A DNA stretch of 64,000 nt from an uncultured Actinomycetota bacterium (GTDB lineage Bacteria; Actinomycetota; Actinomycetes; Streptomycetales; Streptomycetaceae). The DNA is taken from assembly GCA_963816875.1 (NCBI GenBank), contig CAWFMG010000003.1, positions 341,683 through 405,682 of the forward strand. Direction: 5' to 3'. Every line of letters begins with the position of its first letter. The first letter of the stretch is position 1. The notes below the pieces were generated by a model. It was not told where the DNA came from and made no database searches. It saw nothing but the letters and a program-made list of their open reading frames with translations. This document shows, piece after piece, positions 8,927 to 17,161 of the stretch. The translations under genes were made by a program, and so were the position numbers.

Positions 8927-9852
8927 GGGGGCACCAGCGTGACATCCGACGCCTGAAGTCGGTGTTGCGGCGGCTCACGGCGGTGTTGGTGGTCATCGGG
9001 CTGATCGCGCTCGTGTTCACCGCGACGTCGGTGACGTTGTTCGCGATCCGGCATGGCGTGCACCCGGGGATCGCGTGGTTGCTCGATCCGATGGTGGCGC
9101 TGGCGCTGGGGACGGTGCTGATCACGGACGGGGTGTTGGCTGAGTACGGCATCCGTCCGCGCGGCTGGTCAACGGCCCTGCGGTACTTCGCTGGTCTGGC
9201 CACGTGGGTGATGAACTGTTGGTCGTCGGTGTGGCCGCCGGAGACGTCGTTCGGCAAGCCGGAGCACGTTGACGCCGCGGGGCTGGTGCTGCACTCGATC
9301 CCGCCTGTGCTGCTGATCGCGCTCGCGGAGGCTGTGACGCACTACCGCCGGGCGATCCTGGCGAAGATCACCGAACTGGAAGACGACGACCAGGACAGCG
9401 CCCCCGCGGTGCGGCCGGAGCCTGTGCCCGTCGTCGTACCCGAGCCCGTACCCGCGAAGGTACGCGTACCCGTCGCGTACCCGGAGCCTCCCGAGGCTGT
9501 ACCCGACGGGGTGCGGCTGCTGCCGATCGTGGCCCGGCCGCGGCCGGATGTCCGCGACATCGAGCCCGCGCGGCAGGCGCCGGTGTTCGCCGCCGTGGAG
9601 CCGCGTACCCGCCCCGAGGTACACGCCGAGTACGCGCCGCAGACCCCCGACCCCGAGCCGCAGACGGAGCCCGGCAGCGACCTTGCGCGGCCGGATGAGG
9701 ACCCGCTGACCGCACAGGTCCGGCACGACTTCGCGGCCCGCCTGAAGGCCGGCCAGTTGCCCCCGTACCGGTCGCTGAAGGCCAACTACCACATCAACCA
9801 GGACCGCGCTCAGCGCATCCGGGATGACCTGACAAAGGAGCTTGTGGCATGA
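8923..9852 (+). CDS. Membrane protein, DUF2637/SpdB-like, with a Pro-rich C-terminal half
   Basis: ORF 8908..9852. In-frame GTG 8923 gives the same GTGA overlap pattern as its neighbours. Three to four TM spans, then PEPVPVVVPEPVP repeats. Confidence 0.6.
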   Translation: MRGHQRDIRRLKSVLRRLTAVLVVIGLIALVFTATSVTLFAIRHGVHPGIAWLLDPMVALALGTVLITDGVLAEYGIRPRGWSTALRYFAGLATWVMNCWSSVWPPETSFGKPEHVDAAGLVLHSIPPVLLIALAEAVTHYRRAILAKITELEDDDQDSAPAVRPEPVPVVVPEPVPAKVRVPVAYPEPPEAVPDGVRLLPIVARPRPDVRDIEPARQAPVFAAVEPRTRPEVHAEYAPQTPDPEPQTEPGSDLARPDEDPLTAQVRHDFAARLKAGQLPPYRSLKANYHINQDRAQRIRDDLTKELVA

Positions 9853-10157
9853 GCCTGCCTGAGCACTACCACCACGGCCAGTGCCCGCACTGCCCGCCGC
9901 ACCCGCACTCCTCCCCGTACCCGATGAACCAGCAGGTGGGCGGCCCGTACCCGGTGTCCGGGTACGCGTACCCGCCGCAGCGGCCGAACCAGGCCGGGCA
10001 GGTGGCGAAGTGGGCCGCGATCGGCGGTATCGGCGCGCTGGGGCTGCTGGCGTTCGCCGTGGCGGCCGTCGCGGTCGCCGTCGGGGCGGTCGCCGTGACC
10101 ATCTGCGTCCTGGTCCTTCGGGGCCTGTGGAACGACGCGCAGAAGGAGAAGCGGTGA
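9849..10157 (+). CDS. Small His/Pro-rich membrane protein (Spd-like)
   Basis: ORF 9849..10157. ATGA overlap. C-terminal TM span WAAIGGIGALGLLAFAVAAVAVAVGAVAVTICVLVL. Confidence 0.55.
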   Translation: MSLPEHYHHGQCPHCPPHPHSSPYPMNQQVGGPYPVSGYAYPPQRPNQAGQVAKWAAIGGIGALGLLAFAVAAVAVAVGAVAVTICVLVLRGLWNDAQKEKR

Positions 10158-10591
10158 GGGCCGCGCGCGCCCGCCGCGGCGCTTCCTACGCGGCCGCCTA
10201 CGCCCTGCTGCGGGCCGCCGCTGACGTGGCCGACCACTGGGTGCAGAGCGACCACCAGGCCCGTCACAAGGCCCTGCCGGACGCGGAGGGGCACAAGGCC
10301 CTGGCCGCGCACGTCGCCTCCTATTCCGCGACGCAGGGCGCCGCGCTGCTGGTCGGGAACCGGCTGCTGGGCTTAGGTCTGCGGCCCCGCTCGATCGCTG
10401 CGGCGCTGGCGTTGTCCGCCTCGACGCACTACCTGATCGACCGCCGTTGGCCCGTGCGCCGGGCCGCCGAGCGGCTGGGCAAGGGCCGGTTCTACGAGTT
10501 GGGCGGGCCGCTGGGGGGCGCGTACCTGCTGGACCAGTCCGCGCACCACGCCGCCGAAGCCATCGCCGCGTACCTCGCCGTACGCCACTGA
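10154..10591 (+). CDS. Hypothetical protein (145 aa)
   Basis: In-frame GTG 10154 within ORF 9881..10591, with a GTGA overlap to the upstream stop. ADHWVQSDHQARHK motif and hydrophobic segments. Confidence 0.5.
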   Translation: MRAARARRGASYAAAYALLRAAADVADHWVQSDHQARHKALPDAEGHKALAAHVASYSATQGAALLVGNRLLGLGLRPRSIAAALALSASTHYLIDRRWPVRRAAERLGKGRFYELGGPLGGAYLLDQSAHHAAEAIAAYLAVRH

Positions 10592-10628
10592 CCGCCCGCG
10601 CCACCTCGTACCCGGAAGGGGCACGCCT

Positions 10629-10982
10629 GTGTCGAAGCACAGCCGCGCGGCGAAGGAGTTCGCGCGCCGCGCCAAGGTCAACCACACCTACTACGCCATA
10701 GCCACCCACCACCAGGTGGGAGGCCGGATGAAGCTCCTGACCGAGATCGTGTTCAACCGCAAGCACCCGCTGGACGGGACCCCGTGCCGGGGCGCTTCGT
10801 ACACCGCTGAGGGTGCGTTCCTGCGGGATGGACCGCTGTACGAGGACCGCGACCACCCCGACATCCGCAACCTGCCGACCCTCGCCGAGTACGAGGACGC
10901 CAAGCGGAAGTACGGCGAGGCATTCGAGGGCGGCAACGCCGCCGATGCGCGTCGCTTCCGCGCCGCCCTGTACCTCGACTGA
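10629..10982 (+). CDS. Hypothetical protein (117 aa)
   Basis: ORF 10629..10982. Balanced, non-shadow composition (KEFARRAKVNHTYYAIATHH...EYEDAKRKYGEAFEGG). Start is uncertain. Confidence 0.45.
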   Translation: MSKHSRAAKEFARRAKVNHTYYAIATHHQVGGRMKLLTEIVFNRKHPLDGTPCRGASYTAEGAFLRDGPLYEDRDHPDIRNLPTLAEYEDAKRKYGEAFEGGNAADARRFRAALYLD

Positions 10983-11075
10983 CCGCCCCCGGGGCCGTCC
11001 CACGCCTGGCAGCACACGGACGGCCCCCGGGAGCTCCCTGGCACTCCTGAGAGAAGTACCGGAGGAACCATCATC

Positions 11076-13271
11076 ATGTCCGAACCGAACCTCAACGGGT
11101 ACGACCCGGGTACACACCCCGAGCCCGTACCCGTCCGACCGGGTACGCCGGGTACGCCCGTACCCGACGACACCGCGCGACGTACCCGCGCACACCTGAC
11201 TCTCGTCAAGGACACCGACCCCACCCCGACGCCGGAGAGCACCACGCCGCCGACGGAACGCGCCCGTACCCGTCTGCGCCGCGCCCTGCTGACCGCGGCG
11301 AAGGACGAGCGGACCCGGACCGCTGGCCGCCTGGTCGTGCGGCACGGCATGTACGTGACCGGCGGCGCGCTGATCCTCGCCCGGCGGACGTGGGATGCCC
11401 GCACGGGCGCCGAGTACCAGCGGCAGATCCGCTCCGCTGAGGCGGCCGGCGACCGCGAGGCGCTGGCCATGTGGGAGGAGCGCCGGGAGGAGTTCCGCCA
11501 GAAGCGCCACACCCGGCGTATGGCGCTGCTGACCATGCCGGGGCAGCTGGCCAAGGCCGCGCTGCACACGGCCGCGCTCAGCGGCGGCGGCGCGGTCACG
11601 CTCGGCATCCTGCTGGCGCTGGCCACGGGCGACCCGGGCGACGTCCTGGTGCCCATCCACTTCGTGCTCGACATCGTGCGGTGGGCCTTCATCATCGGGT
11701 CGATCGTGTGGACTCCCGCGCTGCTCACGACCCCGTTCCTGCTGCTCCTGGCACTGTGGAACACCGGCCGCAAGCAGCAGGCCGCGCCGCAGTGGGCCCT
11801 GCCCGCCGACCAGCGCGAGCCGGAGTCCCGGGAGGTCGTGCCCGACGAGTCCGCGATCCTCAAGGCCCTGCGTCACTTGGGCATTGGCCCGCTGAACCAG
11901 GCCCTCAAGCAGGGCTGGCAGCCGCGTTGGATGGCGCCCACCACCCGCCTGGGCAAGGGCTGGCACACCCAACTCCAGCTCCCCATGGGTGTCACGGTCG
12001 AGATGATCGGCAACAAGAAGCAGGTACTCGCGCACAACCTGCTGCGCAAGCCGGTCGAGGTGTGGCCGACCGAGCCGCACGGGCAGCCCGGGGTGCTCGA
12101 TCTGTGGGTCGCTGACCAGGGCTCTTTGTCCGGGGAGGTGCCCGCGTGGCCGCTGCTGACCGACGGCACGAGCGACTACTTCAAGGGTGTGCCCGCCGGC
12201 ATCTCCCAGCGTGGCGAGCCCATCATGGGCAAGCTCATGGCCGCGAACTACATGGTCGGCGGCATCATGGGCGTAGGGAAATCTTCGCTGGTCGTGGCGC
12301 TGCTGCTCGGGGCGATGCTCGACCCCCTGGTCGAGATCGAGGTTTACGTCATGGCCTACAACGTGGACTACGACCCGATGCGCCCCCGCCTGGCCACGCT
12401 GGTCAAGGGCGACGAGGACGAACAGGTTGAAGCCGCGCTCAAGGCCCTGCGGAACCTGCGCGACGAGGTCACCGAGCGCGGCAAGCTCCTCGACGAGCTG
12501 GGCGGCGACGAGGTGCGGCTGACCCGCGATCTCGCCGAGAAGGACGCCCGGATGCGCCCGAAGGTCGTGGTGTTCGACGAGTGCCACGAGCTGTTCGAGC
12601 ACAAGAAGTACGGCCAGGAGGCCGCCGAGCTGGCCGTGAAGGTGCTGAAGAAGGCCCGGAAGGTCGGCATCACCCTGATGTTCGTGACCGTCTCCCCGAC
12701 CGCCACGAGCATCCCGAAGGACGTCACCCGCAACACCTCCCACCGTGTGGCGTTCGCCGTGGGCGACCACGTCGCCAACGACGGGTTGCTGGGCACCGGG
12801 AAGCACAAGGCGGGCATCACCGCGACCACGCTCAACCCGGCCGAGGACATCGGCACCGCGCTGACCTTCGGCTTCACCAAGAACCCGTTCGAGCTGATCC
12901 GCTCCTACTACGTCCGCAAGGACGCCAGCACCGACCAGGTCACCCCCGTCGTTCAGCGGGCCGTTGCCCTGCGCGATGGCATCACGGCGGCCCCGGCACG
13001 GCCGGCGGCCGAACCGGTCGACCACCTGACCGACATCGCCGCGGTGCTCGGCCAGGCGCCGCGGCTGCGCACGCAGGAGGTCATCCAGCGTCTCGCGGAG
13101 CGCAACCCCACCGAGTACCGCGGCTGGACCTTCGGCGACCTGACCCGGGTCCTGGAAGAGGTCGGGGCGGGCCCGCGGAAGTACGCCGGGGTCATGCACG
13201 TCAGCCGTGCCCGGGTCCTCGAAGCGCTCGCCGAACGTGCCGAGGACACCGACGGCGAACACGAAGAGTGA
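11076..13271 (+). CDS. traB: FtsK/SpoIIIE-family conjugative DNA translocase (TraB/TraSA-like)
   Basis: ORF 11076..13271, 731 aa. N-terminal TM segments, Walker A GGIMGVGKSS, Walker B VVVFDECHELF, and a C-terminal wHTH-like region. Confidence 0.9.
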   Translation: MSEPNLNGYDPGTHPEPVPVRPGTPGTPVPDDTARRTRAHLTLVKDTDPTPTPESTTPPTERARTRLRRALLTAAKDERTRTAGRLVVRHGMYVTGGALILARRTWDARTGAEYQRQIRSAEAAGDREALAMWEERREEFRQKRHTRRMALLTMPGQLAKAALHTAALSGGGAVTLGILLALATGDPGDVLVPIHFVLDIVRWAFIIGSIVWTPALLTTPFLLLLALWNTGRKQQAAPQWALPADQREPESREVVPDESAILKALRHLGIGPLNQALKQGWQPRWMAPTTRLGKGWHTQLQLPMGVTVEMIGNKKQVLAHNLLRKPVEVWPTEPHGQPGVLDLWVADQGSLSGEVPAWPLLTDGTSDYFKGVPAGISQRGEPIMGKLMAANYMVGGIMGVGKSSLVVALLLGAMLDPLVEIEVYVMAYNVDYDPMRPRLATLVKGDEDEQVEAALKALRNLRDEVTERGKLLDELGGDEVRLTRDLAEKDARMRPKVVVFDECHELFEHKKYGQEAAELAVKVLKKARKVGITLMFVTVSPTATSIPKDVTRNTSHRVAFAVGDHVANDGLLGTGKHKAGITATTLNPAEDIGTALTFGFTKNPFELIRSYYVRKDASTDQVTPVVQRAVALRDGITAAPARPAAEPVDHLTDIAAVLGQAPRLRTQEVIQRLAERNPTEYRGWTFGDLTRVLEEVGAGPRKYAGVMHVSRARVLEALAERAEDTDGEHEE

Positions 13272-13366
13272 TGGGGAGGCGGTTGGGTGCCTGGGGAGTT
13301 CTCCCCAACCGCCTCCCCACGCCTGCCTCCCCAATCTGATCAGCACAGATCACCGCTTGGGGAGGC
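13272..13366. repeat. Cluster of six TGGGGAG/CTCCCCA heptamers forming nested inverted repeats; clt-like / terminator
   Basis: TGGGGAG at 13272, 13292 and 13358. CTCCCCA at 13301, 13313 and 13327. A perfect 16-bp IR pairs 13272-13287 with 13304-13319, and a 10-bp IR pairs 13325-13334 with 13357-13366. The cluster starts 1 nt after the traB stop. Confidence 0.6.
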
Positions 13367-13497
13367 GTTGAGGCACCCCGCAGCGACCTGCGGAAACCCC
13401 GAAATCACGGTTCCCGGGGTGACCCTTGCCTCCCTCCCCACACGCAGAGTGATCAACCTTGCTCGTCTCGACGGACCACACCGACGGGAGAACTGCT

Positions 13498-13686
13498 GTG
13501 ACGACCACCCGACCCGACCCGGACACACTGCGGGACGCTGCGTACCGCGCTCACGCCGTCCTCGACCAGCTCGTCCACCGTGGCGACGCTCCCCGCGACG
13601 TCATCGCCGCTCATGACGAACTGGCCGCCGCTCTCGGCATCGGCCGGGGTGCGCGCACCAGGCGTGCCGGGGAGAGCTCCCGATGA
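13498..13686 (+). CDS. Hypothetical small protein (62 aa)
   Basis: GTG 13498 within ORF 13459..13686, preceded by GGGAGAA. DTLRDAAYRAHAVLDQLVHRGDAPRDVIAAHDELAAALG. Confidence 0.35.
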   Translation: MTTTRPDPDTLRDAAYRAHAVLDQLVHRGDAPRDVIAAHDELAAALGIGRGARTRRAGESSR

Positions 13687-13744
13687 CCGCGCCCGCCCGA
13701 CCCGGCGCCACCGCCACGCGAGACACGGGAAAGGCGGTGGCCGC

Positions 13745-14125
13745 GTGAGCACCGCCTACGCCGATGTCTACGACCCTGCCGGCGAGCGGCACGGCATCCC
13801 CACTTTCCCCTGGAAGTGGGCTCCGGAAGGGCTCGCGACCCGGCGGCAGTTACGGGCTCTGGGGTTGCGGCCGGGCGGTCAGGAACCGGCGGCGCAGGTG
13901 ATGCGCCTGCGCCGCCGGGGCCGGTCCCCGCTGGTCGCCTACCTCTACCGCACCGACCTGGCCAAGCCCGTCCGGCCGATGACGCCGGGCCGTTGGGCGG
14001 CGCTGGCCGCGGCGATGCGGGCCCGCCGCACCTGCCCCGAGTGCCGACGCGACTGCGGGTTCTGCATCTCGACGTCTCTGGGCATGTGTTGGCCCTGTGC
14101 CGACCGGACCGGGGCCGCGGGGTGA
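13745..14125 (+). CDS. Zinc-binding protein with an RRQLR motif (RRQRL-motif family of AICEs; from memory)
   Basis: GTG 13745 within ORF 13580..14125. WAPEGLATRRQLRALGLRPGG, CPECRRDCGFC...CWPC cysteine cluster. Confidence 0.6.
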   Translation: MSTAYADVYDPAGERHGIPTFPWKWAPEGLATRRQLRALGLRPGGQEPAAQVMRLRRRGRSPLVAYLYRTDLAKPVRPMTPGRWAALAAAMRARRTCPECRRDCGFCISTSLGMCWPCADRTGAAG

Positions 14126-14433
14126 GTCCCCGCGTCTGGCCGCCGTTCCTTGACTGGCGCGACCAGCGGCACTGGAACCCGGCCGGACTCGACGAATGCG
14201 TGCTGTGCGGACGACTCACACCCCTGCTGTCCGAACACGGCCGCCCCAACCACAAGACGTGCGCCGAGGCGTGGTTCGAGGCGAACCCGGACGCCTGGGA
14301 GTTCTACGAACGCCGACGCGACCACCAGCCGAACACCCCGAACACCACACCGACCCGCGCCCCCGCCGCCGATGGCCGACAGGCCGCCCGGCGCCGGGGC
14401 GATGACCTTCTGACCCTGCCCGACGCTGCCTGA
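14122..14433 (+). CDS. Hypothetical protein (103 aa), possible Cys/His metal site
   Basis: GTG 14122 within ORF 13816..14433, with a GTGA overlap. CVLCGRLTPLLSEHGRPNHKTC. Confidence 0.45.
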   Translation: MSPRVWPPFLDWRDQRHWNPAGLDECVLCGRLTPLLSEHGRPNHKTCAEAWFEANPDAWEFYERRRDHQPNTPNTTPTRAPAADGRQAARRRGDDLLTLPDAA

Positions 14434-14523
14434 ACGCGCCGGAGCGGGCCGCCACGATCTCGCCAAAGACACGCGGCCCGCTCCGGTCATCAGTCCCCTC
14501 AAAGAGAACTGGAGACCTCCAGC

Positions 14524-15386
14524 ATGACTCATGGACGCCGTGACGCGCTGCTGCGCGCGGCACTGGCCACCGCCGCGCGCGGTTGGCCCGTCTTCCCCCT
14601 GCGGCCCGGCGACAAGCGGCCCGCCGGCCACGCCGAAACGGACTGCTCGGGGACGGGCCGCTGCTCGGCTGGTCACCTCAAGCCGGAGCAGCGCGCCACC
14701 ACCGACCGCGACCTGATCCACGCCGCGTGGTCCCACCGCCCCTACAACATCGGCGTGGCGACCGGCCCGGCCGGGCTGCTCGTGGTGGACCTGGACACCG
14801 ACAAGGGCAAGGACTCGACGGACACGCCTTGCGGCGTGACGACCTTCCATGCGCTCTGCGAGCGCGCCGGGCAGGCCGTCCCTGCCACCTACCGCATCCG
14901 GACCGCGAGCGGCGGGGAACACCTGTACTTCACCGCCCCGGACGGCGTCCGCCTGCGCAACACCGCGGGCAAGCTGGGCCCGCGCATCGACACCCGCGCG
15001 CACGGCGGGTACGTCCTCGCCCCGGGCAGCACGGTCAACGGCCGCACGTACGAGGTCATCGACCCGGCGCCCGTGGCCCCGCTTCCCGCGTGGCTGCTGA
15101 CCGCGCTCACTCCGCTGCGCCCCACCCTGCGCACGATTCCCGTGGGGGACCGCTCCCGTGCCGGCCACTACGCCGCCCAGCGCTGGACAACGAAACCCGC
15201 GCCGTCGCGGCGACGGCCGAGGGCGGCCGGGACGAAGCGCTGCTACGGGGCGCCCGCGCTCTGGGGCGGTTCGTCGCGTGGGGCGACCTCCCCCGGCACG
15301 TGGTCGAGCAAGCTCTTCAGGACGCGGGGGAAGCGGGCGGACTGTCGCCGGGACAGTGCCGCTCCACGATCCGTTCAGCGCCCTGA
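14524..15386 (+). pseudogene. Bifunctional DNA primase/polymerase (Prim-Pol) replication protein, frame-disrupted near 15178
   Basis: N-terminal 215 aa in ORF 14524..15459 (WPVFPLRPGDKRP, NIGVATGPAGLLVVDLD, GGEHLYF, IDTRAHGGYVLAPGS). The conserved-looking C-terminus (ALDNETRAVAA...GRFVAWGDLPRHVVEQALQDAG) continues in ORF 14583..15386, consistent with a 1-nt deletion. Confidence 0.75.
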
Positions 15387-15640
15387 ACTGGTCGATCGCC
15401 AACAACCAACGCGCCGACCGGCGGGTGACGGCATGACCCGCCCCGAATCCCCCCGCTGAAGAGCATCCCCGCCCCCGACCGGCCGCCCGGCGCCGAACCG
15501 GCCCCGCTCCTGATCGCCGTGGGCGTCCGAAAGGTCGTCGGCCGAAGGCCGTCCCCTTTCAGCCCTGACCCAGCACCGACGCGACAACGCCAGCCACACC
15601 CGCCTGCTCGCGGAGCATCGCAGGAAGGAAGGGCCGCCGC

Positions 15641-16786
15641 ATGACCCCCACCATCGACGGGGCCGCGCTGCTGGATGAGGTGGAAGCCTTCCACCGCCGG
15701 TTCAACGTCTTCCCGCACGAAGCCGCGTACGTGGCCGTGGCGTTGTGGGACGCCCACGCCCACCTACTCGACTGCTTCGACTCCACACCCCGCCTGGCCT
15801 TCCTGAGCCCTGAACCCGGCTCGGGCAAGTCGCGGGCGCTGGAGATCGTGGAAACCCTCGTTCCCCAGCCCATGACGGCCGTCAACGCGTCCGCCGCCGC
15901 CCTGTTCCGGTCTGTGTCCAACCCCAGCGGCAAGCCGACGATCCTGTTCGACGAGATCGACACCATCTTCGGGCCCAAGGCAGGGGACAACGAGGAACTG
16001 CGCGGGTTCCTCAACGCCGGACACCGCCGCACCGGGGTCACCTACCGGTGCATCGGCGACGGCGGCAACCAGACCGTGCAAGCCTTCCCCTCCTACTGCG
16101 CGGTCGCGGTCGCCGGACTCGGCTCCCTCCCGGACACGATCATGACCCGCTCCATCGTCATCCGCATGCGCCGCCGGGCCCGCAACGAGACGCGTGGAGC
16201 CCTTCCGCGCCCGCACCCACGAGGAGCAGGGGCACAAGCTGCGCGACCGACTCGCCCAATGGGCGGAACACGCCCGGGGGTTCGTCATGGGCGCCTGGCC
16301 GGAGATGCCCGACGGCATCACCGACCGGCCCGCGGACGTGTGGGAATCGCTCCTCGCCGTCGCCGACGCCGCCGGGGGCCACTGGCCCCAGCGGGCCCGC
16401 AAGCGTGCGTGACGCTGGTGACCGCGTCCAAGGCGAACGACAAGGGCAGCCTCGGAGTCCGGCTGCTCACCGACCTCCGCGACCACGTCATGGTCGGCAT
16501 CGACCGCCTGCCCACCGTCGCCATCCTCGACCGACTCAACGCCCTGGACGACGCGCCATGGGCGGACCTCCACGGCAAGCCGCTGGACAACCGGCGCCTG
16601 TCCCGGATGCTCGCCGAGTACATGACGGCCGATAACGAGCCCATCGCCTCCCGCAACATCAAGACCGCCGGGAGCGTCCTCAAGGGCTACTACGCCGCCG
16701 ATCTGTGGGACGCGTGGGCCCGCTACTGCCCCCCACCCCCGGAAAGTCCGCTACGTCCGCTACCCGGCACCGAAAACGCGGTCTGA
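15641..16786 (+). pseudogene. DUF3631-like replication-associated protein, two frame disruptions (about 16190 and 16400)
   Basis: The sequence reads sensibly in the frame of ORF 15641 up to RMRRRARNE. It continues in ORF 16194..16412 (EPFRARTHEEQGHKLRDRLAQW...HWPQRARK), then returns to the first frame (ACVTLVTASKANDKGSLGVRLLTDLR...). Confidence 0.7.
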
Positions 16787-16910
16787 CCAGCAACAACGAG
16801 GTAGCGGCACGCGTCACCGCGCGCCGCTACCCATCCGCTACCGCTACCCCTTCCCGCTACCACAAACAGGCCCCTGACCTGCGCGGTAGCGGCCGTAGCG
16901 GAAGTAGCGG
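16748..16910. repeat. Ten copies of the heptamer CCGCTAC/GTAGCGG (6 direct, 4 inverted) between the DUF3631-like gene and xis
   Basis: CCGCTAC at 16748, 16757, 16824, 16835, 16841 and 16854. GTAGCGG at 16801, 16886, 16895 and 16904 (read directly). Confidence 0.7.
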
Positions 16911-16959
16911 ACTTCCCAGAAGGGCCCCCAGAGCTCCCCGGCAATCCCGGAGGTTCACC

Positions 16960-17161
16960 GTGCGCACCGCCACGCCCCCGACCGCCCCCCAGCACCCTCA
17001 CCGTTCCCGAGGTCATGGCCGCGCTCCGGCTCAGCCGCTCCAAGGTCTACGACCTCATCCGCTCCGGACAACTCAAGAGCTTCTGCGCGGGCCGGGCCCG
17101 CCGCATCCCCGCCGACGCCCTGCGCCGGTACATCGACGACCGAATCGGAGACAACGACTGA
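16960..17161 (+). pseudogene. xis: Excisionase-family HTH protein, frameshifted or N-terminally truncated
   Basis: LTVPEVMAALRLSRSKVYDLIRSGQLKSFCAGRARRIPADALRRYI ends at TGA 17159-17161, which shares its final A with the int ATG (17161-17163). The only in-frame start is ATG 17015, inside the HTH. A GGAGG-preceded GTG at 16960 is in another frame, upstream of a C-run at 16985-16990. Confidence 0.6.

Noticed and set aside
9810-13346. Very long antisense or off-frame ORFs. Examples: 9810..13346 (-) 1178 aa, 19591..23274 (-) 1227 aa, 19755..23186 (+), 36683..39385 (+) 900 aa, 42153..45584 (+) 1143 aa, 43414..48684 (-) 1756 aa and 55779..58526 (+) 915 aa.
   Set aside because: They are extreme in Arg/Pro/Gly/Ala and show no recognisable motifs. 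Each overlaps a gene with clear family signatures in another frame, which is the classic shadow-ORF pattern of high-GC DNA.
13287-13616. ORF 13287..13616 (+) immediately after traB.
   Set aside because: Its 5' half is made of the TGGGGAG/CTCCCCA repeat array, and the protein is P/R-rich junk.
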